The position numbers were made by a program, and so were the translations under genes. The notes beneath the pieces were generated by a model. That model saw only the letters and a program-made list of their open reading frames with translations. It had not been told where the DNA came from and searched no databases. Shown here one piece after another: positions 1-12,600 of a stretch of 64,000 nucleotides of DNA (positions within the stretch are counted from its first letter, which is position 1; the number at the start of each line of letters is the position of its first letter). This DNA is from Chrysomallon squamiferum (lineage: Eukaryota; Animalia; Mollusca): positions 6,758,001-6,822,000 of the forward strand of contig CM022675.1 of the NCBI GenBank assembly GCA_012295275.1, in the 5' to 3' direction.

Positions 1-954
1 ATGGCTTTCAGCCACTGCAAGATGTGCCTTACAACAAAATTTCCGTTGTTCTGTTTGTTGCTTTGCGTGCCCTCGTGGATATTTGGATCCAGAGGCAATG
101 TAGCTCAAGCCTCTAATCAAACGAAACCAGAAAATAATACGATGTTCGGAGAATTAGGTTCGATTCCGCAGACGTATCACGATCATGATGATTTTCAAAT
201 TAAAGAAAGTACAGTGTCTATAGCTCGAGAAAAAGGAAAATATTTTGCTTCGTTATTGTTCGCTAAATATGGCAGTGATAATCAAACATTACATCAAAAT
301 GAACTCGTTCAACTTTTTCATCATTTGGTTCTGGCAGTCGTTGAAGATAAAGAAGTGGATGCTGAAACTTCGGACAATGAATACACAGGTGATGATAAAA
401 TTCATAAACGTTTTCAAGTGGTCCCTGATCATAATACATTAGAATCACATGAACAAGAGCAGCATGATGATGATGATGATGGTGTTTTACATGCTGATAG
501 AAACATTACATTTGTTAATACTACCAGATCAACTGAAAAACGTAATATTGATAGTAACTCTGATATAAATGACTTAAAAAACGACAAAGAAATTTCACTG
601 CATCATGCACATTACAACAAAAATGGGACTTTCAGTGAAAACCAGACTATACATGTTTTAGACCATGAAAACAATTTAAATTTAACAAATGCTCCAACTG
701 TGATACCTCAAAATCTTACTGTTGTGAAACAAGATAGTAAAAATTTTAATTCGTCTCAGAAACAGTCATTTGGGAAAAAAAGAAAAGCCAAAGGTGAACG
801 TCGATCCAAAAAAGGTCGCAAACAGAAGAAAAATAAGAAAAATAAAGAAAATGTTGACAAAAGGAAGAAAAATAAAGAAAATAGTGACAAATCAAAGAAA
901 AGAATTACAAGAGGATTGTCAAAACAACAAAATAATTACCATGTAGATCGTGGG
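1..954 (+). CDS. SLC39A10: ZIP copy A exon 1 (signal peptide and ectodomain)
   Basis: Long ORF from ATG at 1, hydrophobic N-terminus, LFAKYG motif shared with copy B, donor GTAAGC at 955. Confidence 0.88.
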
Positions 955-1172
955 GTAAGCATTACTTGATATAATTCTGTTTTCTAGTGTTATTTATTTA
1001 TTTATTATATCTCACAGTATGTTGATTGCATTTATATTTTAGTTTACATTCCACTATTGTTTGGCTTGGTTTATTGTCATAGTTCATATGTTAGGTATTT
1101 GTATTTATTTAAAATGTTTATTTACAGAAATATATGTTTATACTAATGAAAAATATCTACATGCTATAGCTT

Positions 1173-1235
<63 letters not shown>

Positions 1236-4200
1236 ATGAACACTTCAGAATATTTAAATGTCTTTTTCTAGGAGTGGCTTCAATAAATACATTATTAACA
1301 ATTTAACGACAATAAGTTTTTTTTTTTATTTAACTCTGATAACTAGCCTTTTTATCTGCAGAACTGTATATACACAGGAAACATTTTTTATAATGATAAC
1401 TAATTTGAAAAGAATTGGATGCTAAATGTTTATATTGTAATATATTGTAAAAACAATAATAACAGCAATAATAATGTTAATAACAATAAAATGATAATAA
1501 CAATAACAATACAATAATAATAACAATAACAATAAAATAATAACAATAATAATAATAGTAACAACAACAATTAAGTAATATCAATAACAACAGTAATAAT
1601 AGGAGTTCAGATAATGATAATAAATGTGTGTGGTTATGTGTGCATGCTGGCACATGCACATGCATGGGTGTATGTATGCGTCATTCTTTTTACAACATGG
1701 AACTGAATAACTTTTTATTTGTTCTGCAGGAAAATGTGCAGTTAATTCAACTGAATAATTTTCTGTTTCATTAGTTGTTTTTATCTTAAATTTTGAATCG
1801 TCAGCTTTTTCAGTAAATGGACAATTCCTGTGAAACAATGAACGACAAACCTGTTTCAGCATGAAACAATTACCACAGTATATATTTACTTGTATATTTT
1901 ATATACATCTCCCCCATACCCCCACCCCCAGACCTGCACCCACACCCACACATGCACATACACACTTACATGAATATAAGTGTATGCTTCCTACATATGT
2001 AATATAATATGTACTGTGTGTATGTAGGTGTGTACATGTTACCGTGTAATATTAATATAATGCACACACATACAGAGAAAGACAGAGAAATTATGAGAGT
2101 TGTAAAACTTGTACAACCAAGCATGAATATGTTTTATCAGACATAACTAGTCATTTTTTTTTTTTTTTAAATATTAATTTTTGTTGTTGTTGGCTTTTTA
2201 TATACAGTATACCTTGACTAACAAGTTTAATTCATTCCATGGCCTAACTCATAACTATTTGCTCACATCAATCAGTTTTCCCAAATGAAATTAAATAAAA
2301 TAACATTAATCCATTCCAGCCCCCCAAAAACCATCCCAGTTTTTTGTAACATGTTTTTAAATAAGAAAAATGTATTTGTAAACGACAAATATTGCATAAA
2401 AACAAAATAAAAGACAATGTAAAGAAACTAATTGGTTTTGTAAAGTGTACAGGGTTAGAAATTATTTTATTGCCTTTATTGACTCCTGCTTCAGTATGGT
2501 ACATATTGTAGAAGTACAACACTTGTACTGCCTAGCCGACTAAACACACACACACACACACACACACACCTTGCTCATTTTTCCATGATTTCATGTTTTA
2601 ATTCAGTGGACATCATCTGCTTCTTCTTCTCAGCACTGTCCTTTGCACTCATTTTCTTAGGATCCATGGTCATTTATTCATTTATCTGTTTATTTATTCT
2701 GAAATGCAGACAGCAAACTTTATGATATATGTAAAAGTACTACACTCGTATTGCCTAGCCAAGTTGACTACGCACATACCTCACTCATTTTTCCATGATT
2801 TCATGCTTTACTTCAATGGACATCATCCACTTCTTCTTCTCAGCACTGTCCTTTGCTATAATTTTCTTAGGGTCCATAGTCATTTATTCATTTATCTATT
2901 TATTTATTCTGAAATGCAGACAGCAAACTTTATGATATACATAAAAGTAATACGCTCATACTGCCTAGCCAAGTCGACTACACACACACACATCACTCTT
3001 TTTTCCATGATTTCATGTTTTAATTCAATGGACATCATCCACTTCTTCTTCTCAGCACTGTCCTTTGCACTCATATTCTTAGGATCCATGTTCTTTATCT
3101 ATTTATTTATTCTGAAATGCAGACAACAAACTTTATGATATATGTCAAAGTACTTTGTACTGCCTAGCAAGTCAACTTTCTTATGTTTTTTCTATGATTT
3201 CATGGTCATTTATTCATTCATTCATTCATTTATTCATTTATTTATTTATTTATTTATTTTGAAATGCAGATGACAAACTTTATGATATATGTAACTAGCT
3301 AAGTTTTAATATGATTATATATATTTGTGTGACTGATAGAATACATTCCACAGCTTGAAACATGTAGATAATTTATTTCATTGCCATGTTGACTGCTACA
3401 ATCTAGAAAAGCTAAATGGCTATGATGCTTTTAACAATCAGGAATAGCTCTCAGAGATCAGAAACAAGCTGAAATGGAGCTGCAGTTAATTGTATTTATT
3501 TTTATTTTATGTTCCTGGTGCTGTTTGTTTTTATAACTTGAAGAAGTGCTGATATATATATCTATATATATTCATTCAAAATAGTACAATAGTGTGTTAT
3601 TAACATTATTTTACCATTATTTATTTTTATTTGTATATTTTTTATGTTCTTATTTTTATTTTTATTTTATTATGATTAATATTGTTGTTGTTGTTGTTGT
3701 TATTGTTGTTATTATTATTATTTTTTTATATAGTATTTGACAAATTTGCTTTCTTATTCCTTGAATTTTTTATTTTTATTTTTTAAGTATTTTTCAGATT
3801 GCTAATTTTAAAATTGTATATGTTAATTGAAATTATGAATTAAAAAAAAAGTAGAAAGGTACAATGATTAATATGTATTTTTTCCATTATGTAATAAGGT
3901 TGTTTTTCTAGTATCATTAATAAATTGTTATTACTATTATTCTTATTATATTATTTAAAACTGCATAACAGAAACAATGAAAAAAAAAAAATACAAACAA
4001 GTAAATCTGTAATTTATTTTCCTGTTATATATTAATTATTATAATTACTATTATTAAACATTATTGCTACCCCTTCTACTATCATCATCATCATCATCAT
4101 TATGATGATTATCATCATCATCATCATTATTATCATTATTATTATTATTATTATTATTTAATATTTAAATATTTCAGTGTTTAACCATCAAGCAAATACT

Positions 4201-6405
4201 AGAAGCTTTCGATTTGGAAAACAAAGATGAGATAACTCTAACAGACTTCCTGTACCTGTCCCCAGCCATTATCTATCAGCTGGATACAGAGAACTGCTCT
4301 CACCATTTAATTCACAGTGAACTGAGTGGATTCAATCCCACGTCAAAAGAGGACCAGGACCATGATCGTTACTATGATCACGCTCACAACCATTACCACA
4401 GACACAATGCTCAGGCTGTTGATAAAGATGGAACAGATACTTTGGATGTTCATTATAAAGCTCTTATGACCAATCCTGGAAAAGGTGAGCAGTTATTTTC
4501 TTTTCCTTTTTTTTTTTCTTTTTTTTTTATGTTGTTGTTGTTGTTGTTGTTATTGCTGTTGTTGCAGATATGTTTATGGCATATCAGCATGAGGTAATTT
4601 CATACCGATGCCTCTTAACTGTTTTTTTTTTTTTTTTTTTTTAAACAGCTTTTTTATTTGGTTCTTCTATATATAAAAGAAAGTTATTTTTAGAGACCCC
4701 CAAAAAATAAAAATAATAATAATAAAATTATAATATATATTTTAGTGACTCTTCTGTGCTTCCTGATTCACAAATCTATTTTATTCACTTGACGAATCAA
4801 AAATAGGTTTGTGCTACAAGACAGAGCCATGATGAATTCATTTTGTCTAAAAATTCAGAATGTTTTGGCATTCTTCACATGTTTTATCATTGCTGTATGT
4901 GTACATTAGCTTACCTTTTCATTTATTTGTATTAATCCTAAATCTGATTAGAAGCAAGCAGGTATGTAATAAAGTTGAACGGGTAAACTGGTTTTGAATG
5001 GAGACAAATCTATGCACACAAACCAGTTTTATGGGAAAGAAACAAAAAGTTATCAGTTCTGTTCAGAAAGTTTAAATTTTTCAATAAATTCTGTATGTGA
5101 TGACTTTTAGTGCGTTTTCTTGATTTATTATTGTTATTCTCATTTTCTAACGATTTCATATTTTCAGTATGGGGATTCAGCTTTGTGGCAGTTTTAATTA
5201 TAAGTCTGGTGGGTTTGGTTGGTGTGGGTATTATCCCACTGATGCAGAAAGTTTTCTACAATCATCTGCTGCAGTTTCTTGTTGCCCTGGCAGTCGGAGC
5301 ACTCACTGGCGACGCCCTACTTCATCTCCTCCCACATGTAAGTTTTAAATTAAAATTTCATTTTTCAATTTTCTGTACGTTTTTTTTTTAAGTTTTCCGT
5401 CTCACTTTAGTTTTAATTAAAACTGTATTCTTCACCTTTTCTTTTCCAGACATTTTAATTAAAAGTATATTTTTAATTTTCTGTCTCAGATACATTTTAA
5501 TTAAACTATATTTTCCACTTTTTTTATCCCATTTAAGTTAAAATTAAAAGTGTATTTTTTTTTTTCTCACTTCAGTTTTGATTAAAACTGTATTTTTCAC
5601 TTTCAGTAAGTTTTAATTAAAAGTATTTTTTTTGCAGACATATATATTGGGTGTGCTATAAACATAATAATAATTAAAAGGAAACCTTGCTGCTAACTAC
5701 ATAAAAGATATTAGTGTGGTAGAGCAAGTTTCTTCATATATCACTGTAACAAAATATAAATATTTGACAGCTAACAAATATTAGTATTAAGATGAATTGA
5801 GCTGTACAACAAAGAAATATATACAGAGATTTTTTTTTACTGAAATTTTATTCATTCATACCACAATTTCTATCTCGTTTTCATTTTTTAAAAATATGTT
5901 ATTTTTTTTAATTGAAGATTTTTTTTACTTTTTTTATATCTGTTACCGTATCATAACGATAACAAAGAAGAATAAAACGTTCAGTTAAAAAAAATCCCCA
6001 GACAAACAAAGCCTTTTGTGTCGAAAATTCAGCAACAGTGACAGACATAAATTAAAAGATTTATGAAGCAAATGAGTCGAAGGTTAACATTTTCACAGAC
6101 TGTCCATTGTGAAAGGTGAAGGCGTCTGCTTGTTCAGAGTAGGTCAAAGTTTTAAAATAAAATGTGGAACAGGTACTGCAGCTGTCCTTCAAGTCAGTTC
6201 AGTGACATGCATTGCCTTTGTGCACTTATTTATTGTGTGACTCAGAAAATGTGAAACAGGTCTGTAGCAATAGCTGAGACTTGAATGAACTTGTCTAGAG
6301 ATATGATTCTCCCATGAATATCCGGGTTGTGTGTTATGAATATGTTTTCTGTGCAGTACTGATGTCTAACAATTGTAAATTTGCTTTTTTCACATAACAC
6401 ACACA

Positions 6406-6439
<34 letters not shown>

Positions 6440-6717
6440 GATAGATACATGCATACATATCTGTATCTTAGAAAAGAAAAGATCCACATACTAATATATA
6501 TCTGTATATATATCTATATATATATATATATGTATTTTATTTATTTATTTATTTATTTTATAATAGAACTATTGAATATGTTTCTCTATCCTCTCCATTC
6601 TTCATACATATTTTCTCTTTTTCTTCATATATATTTTATTTTATTTTTCTCTTTATCTCTCGCTCTCTCCTCAATCTTTCACTCACACCTTTGTCTGTTT
6701 TTCTGTAAATAAGATCT

Positions 6718-6752
<35 letters not shown>

Positions 6753-7146
6753 GTGTTAAACGTGACTTGGTTGTTTGATTTGAAAATAAAACCCATAATA
6801 CCATCACTTAACATTAATGGCCCCTGGGGCTCTCAGTCACAAGTGAACACTGTAAACACTTATAATGGTTTATTTTTAATATCAGTACAGTATTGAAATA
6901 ATATCAGAGCATACACCGAACAGGTGTCAGTGGACTTTTTTTGGGGGGGGGAACCAAGTAAATATAATCTTAATGGATCTTCTTTTTTTTTCTTTTTGTC
7001 CTGCAAAATAAGCAAAATTTTTGAAATGCTAAATAGGTCAGATAATATTTGATAAAAAAAAAAAAAGATTATGACTTGAATTGTTAAAATGCTTGATAAT
7101 CAGCTAGGTTGAAAAATTATCTAAAGAAAATTTAAAGTAAAAATTG

Positions 7147-7180
<34 letters not shown>

Positions 7181-9623
7181 TAAAAATAGGGACCTTAGCC
7201 CTTCAGAAATCAAACAGTTATGTATAACATACCTGTACATTTTTTAAATGAAAAGAAACAGAAAAGATTAATTTTCTGGCTGATTAAATATTTTAATGAC
7301 TTACCTATATGTTTGTTTTTAACTGACTTTATATTTATTGTATTTTATTTTAATTGTTGTTTTTTTTTGGTTAGTGATATTTTATTTATTTACTGACAAC
7401 ATATTTTTAATTTATGTTATTTTCTATTACTCTGCCTTTCCATGCCATATCTTATCATGTATAAAATCATATCATATCATTATCATCATCATATATCATC
7501 ATCATCATCATATCATATAACTATATTCCATCCATACCACATCATGCCACCATACCATACATTGCCATGCCCATCATTATATCACATACCACATACCACA
7601 TATCACATACCATATAACCATATTCCATACCATACCATACCATACATTGCCCTGCCCTGCCTTACCTTACTATATGTTTCACATGATTTGACTTCACTTC
7701 ACTTCACTTCACTTCACTTCACTTCTTATTGCTCTGCTCTGCTCAAAGATTCCATTTTCCCCCCTCCCCTTTCAGGCTATCGGTGCTCACGCCACAGAGC
7801 CACACCTAGAAGAAGAGCCCCCCCCCATGAACCAGGGTATGATGACGTACAAAGGGTTACTTGCCGTGCTCGGCATCTTCTTCTTCTTCCTCATGGAGCG
7901 ACTGCTCAACATCGGCACGGAAATCAAAAGGAAACAAAAATCCAAGGTAAAGTTGAAATTGGGCTTTTCTGCTCCTATAAATAATAGAATTATTGTAATT
8001 AAAAAGAATAATAAAAGTAATTTTTTATTTTTATTTTTTATTTTATGAAATGTTAGGAGATGGAATTATAAAATAATGACTGACATGATATAATTAGTAG
8101 AATTATTTTTATTCTTATTTATATATATTTTGAATTAATGTAAAAAATAATAGTGATAAAGTAAAAAAGCAATGAAAATCAAGATAAGATTTAGAATACA
8201 GATCTACTCCAGTTGTTTTCTTTACTTCTATTATGGTAGGTTTGACATGAATAAATTGTTGTTTCAGTTCATTGAATTGTTGTGGATTTAATATGTGAAT
8301 TAAATGGTAATATTCATAATAGTCTGTCCAAAATTCAAACAAAAAATAATAATAATATTTCAGTTATTTTAATATTTTTCGATTTAACACCTTCTAAATG
8401 TTAATATTTGTTGTTTCTCCAAAATAAAATAATAATAATAAAAATAAAAAGACTCATGTTTCTGTTTTGAGGTACTTTGCTGTGAATTTAATACCACTAA
8501 AAGTTAATATTTAAAAAAAAAATAATAACATCTCATGTTTCTGTTTTGAGGTACTTTGCTGTGAATTTAATACCACTAAAAGTTAATATTTAAAAAAAAA
8601 TAATAACATTTCATATTTCATTTCATTTCATTTTTGAGGTATCTTACTGTAAATTTAACAGCCATAAATATTAATATTTAAAAAAAATCATTTCATGTTT
8701 CAGTTAATTTCATTTTTTAGCTATATTACTGTGAACTTAACAGCCATAAATATTAATATTAAAAAAAAAATTAGAAAATCATTTCATGTTTCAATTAATT
8801 TAATTTTTGAGGTATATTACTGTGAATTTAACAGCCATAAATATTAATATTTAAAAAAATATAAATAATCATTTCATTTAATTTCATTTTTTTGGTATCT
8901 TACTGTGAATTTAACAGCCATAAATATTAATATTTAAAAAAAAATTAAAAATCATTTCATGTTTCAATTAATTTCATTTTTGAGGTATATTACTGTGAAT
9001 TTAACAGCCATAAATATTAATATTTAAAAAAAATATAAATAATCATTTCATTTAATTTCATTTTTTAGGTATCTTACTGTGAATTTAAATAAATTTTAAA
9101 AAAAAAATTAAAAAATCATTTCATGTTTCAATTAATTTCATTTTTGAGGTATATTACTGTGAACTTAACAGCCATAAATATTAATATTTAAAAAAAATCT
9201 TTTCATGTTCCAGTTAATGTTGAACAGACGCAATTCAATCACTGGCAGCAGTGTATACAGATTTGAAGGAACGCCGATGCTAGGCACAAATCTGTCCCCG
9301 CAGATTGACAGCAAAAACCCATCCTGTGACGATGTTGTTGTCGTTGTCAGCGCGAAGCTCTCATCACATTCCTTAACCAAGAACCCTTCCTGTGAGGACA
9401 TGGTCATGATGGCTCACAGAGACAGAAGTGGTGAGTTAGACACAGACATAGACATAGACATAGACATAGACATAGACACAGACACAGACACAGACACAGA
9501 CACAGACACAGACACAGACACAGACACAGACACAGACACAGACACAGATACAGACACATAGACACAGATACACAGATACAGATACACCGATACAGACACA
9601 GACACAGACACAGACACAGACAC

Positions 9624-9672
<49 letters not shown>

Positions 9673-12600
9673 TACAATAAACAAACACAAACAAAAACAC
9701 AGATATATATAGATATATAGATATACAGATATACTGATATAGATATAGATGTATAGATATAGTTATATATAGATATGGATGTATATATACATATATACAC
9801 ACAGATACAGATGCAGATATATATATATATAGAATATAGATATATATAGAAAGATATAGAAAGATATAGATAAAGATACAGAAATAGATACATATATTGA
9901 TATTATAGATATAGATATTTAGAGATATATTTAGAGATAAGCAATACTAAACCATTCAATATTTTACCTGCACAGTACTAAACCACTAAATACTTTTCCT
10001 CAGCACACTACTAAATCATGAAATATTTTTCAATTCGCAGTACTGAATTATAAATATTTTTCATTTCACAGTATTAATCATATATTTTTCATTTCATAGT
10101 ACTAATCCATTATATATTATTCATTTCGTGGTACTAATCCATTATATATTTTTCATTTCATAGTACTAATCCATTATATATTTTTCATTTCACAGTTCTA
10201 ATCCGTTATATATTTTTCACATCGTAGTACTAATCCATTATATATTTTTCACATCATAGTACTAATCCGTTATATATTTTTCATTTCACAGTACGTTATA
10301 TATTTTTCTCTGCATCATACTAAATAATTTTTTACATTTTTTCCTGCAACATACAAATTTTCTCTTGCATAGTAGTAAAACCACTAAATGTCATGGGGTT
10401 TTTTTTGTGTTTTTTTCCCACCCTCCAGCAGCATTAAAATTATTAGCACCCGAGAACGACAATGATGTCCACAAACAGGACACGACGTGCGAAGACTGCG
10501 ACCACAGCAACAACTTCCCCGAGCTCTCAGAGAGCCCAGACACCGCCATTCGGACAATCGCTGAGGAGCACATCCAGATGCTTCCAAAGGATGAAGGGGC
10601 CGGCCACTCCCATGGTGACCATCATGGTCACGGTCACGGTCATGGTCATGGTCACAGCCATGGCGATGAGCTCGTTCCAGACACCGTGACGTCAATTGCG
10701 TGGATGGTGATCCTCGGGGATGGCATCCACAACTTCTGCGATGGTCTTGCGATAGGGGCGTCGTTTGCCGGCAGCATCACCAGTGGCTTCAGCACCACCA
10801 TCGCAGTGTTCTGCCACGAGCTGCCGCATGAGATCGGTACGTTGTCACTCATAGTCAGTTCACTGTTGTTGTTGTTGTTGTTAAAATTAATATAATTATT
10901 ATTTTGTTATTATTATTATTTTTTTATTATTATTATTATTTTATTGTTATTATTGCTGTTGTTGTTGTTGTTATTGTTTTATTATTTTTATTATTATTGT
11001 TATTGTTTTATTATCATTATTGTTTTATTATTATTATTGTTGTTGTTTTATTATTATTATTAAGGTTTTATTATTATCATTATTGTTTTATTATTATTAT
11101 TATGATTATTATTATTATTACTACTACTACTACTACTATCACTGTCTTTTCCCTTTTATTATTATTATTATTCTTTTTGATGTTGTTGTTTTATTATTAC
11201 TAATTCAACTATTGTTTTATTATTATTGTTACCACTACCATCAATCCACTATTCCTATTATTATTATTATTATTTTTATTCTTGTTGTTATAATTATTCT
11301 TATTATTACTGTCATTGTTATTATATTTCAAAATAATTGAAACTGATATGAGGATAAGCAATAATGTTTTGTATTATCCATTTGCTTTTTCATTTCAAAT
11401 ATTTCACTATTTATCACAAAATAACCTTTTTATTTTTGATTTTACATTTTATTTTATTTTATTATTATTATTTATTCATTCATTGATTCTTTAATTTTAT
11501 TTTTTAATTATTTTTTTGTCTGTAAGGTTATTGATTTCAACATTATATAAAATAATGATTTACGTTGTTTTTTTTCCATTTAAATGTCACTGAAACAACA
11601 ATTTTTTGTTATGATGATCTATCAGATCACTGGAGTTATAGAAACAGGTCCTGTGTGTGTATATTTTCAGTGTATATGTGTTACAAAAACATATTTCAGA
11701 GGATATGTTTTTGCACTGAAAACACTGTTTTGTACAATATGTAAAATAAACATTGTGTGTGCAGAGTTCAGGTTAAAAGGTCAGTTCTGCTTTTTGCATT
11801 GAGTCATGTCAAAATAACATTCACAACTGTGACAAGACCCAAAAAACAAAGTGATTCTTCTTTACACAAAACAAAAAAATTAAATTATGATTGAAAACAA
11901 TATATAGTGACACTTCCTTTAAAAAATAAAAAATATGCTGAAGTCACAAATATTTAAACAGAAGTTATCATTTTAAGTTTGAAGACATTTGTATTGTATC
12001 TGATATGCTGAAAATAACCAAATTTCTAACCTTTCATTTTCTGGCTATTCATTTAAAGTTGCCTTCTTTTCTTTTTCCCTGTTATAATATTTTTATAACA
12101 TTATTCATTAATTTATTTATTTTTAATAATATATAATTACAGTAACAAAGCTTATTCTCTTAAAATGACAAATATTTATCTGTTATCTTTATTTATTATT
12201 CTTTTTTATGTGTAATTTTTTTATATATATACCCTATTTTCTTTCTTTCTGCCCTTTATTTTAGTTATTTATTGATTTATTTGTTTTCCTTCATTTTTCT
12301 TTTTTTTAAGATGGAAGGTTTTTTTTTAATATAAAATTTACTTGTTTTTTTTTTTGTTCATTATTTTACATTATATTATATATTTTTTTAAAATTTGGTT
12401 TTTTTTTATTGTTTTTTTCCTCATTATTTTACAATCCATTATATAAAATTTATTTGTTTGTTTGTATTTCTTCATTATTTCAGTTAAAAAAAAATTAAAA
12501 TATAAAATGTATTTATTTGTTTGTATTTCTACATTATTTCAGTTAAAAAAAAAATTAAAATTAAAATATAAAATGTATTTATTTATTTGTTTGTATTTGC

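Noticed and set aside
7442-7775. His/Tyr/Pro-rich ORF as an extra metal-binding ZIP segment
   Set aside because: Arises from (CATAC)n/(CAT)n simple repeats, is out of frame with exon 4 and lies upstream of its acceptor.
9404-9893. ORFs with DT, VS, CL and CV dipeptide runs
   Set aside because: Translations of hexamer microsatellites lying past the exon 5 donor.
10904-11340. Hydrophobic poly-L/I/Y ORFs as membrane proteins (also 16226-16654, 22735-23058, 63099-63311)
   Set aside because: (ATT)n, (TA)n and (TTTA)n low-complexity DNA.
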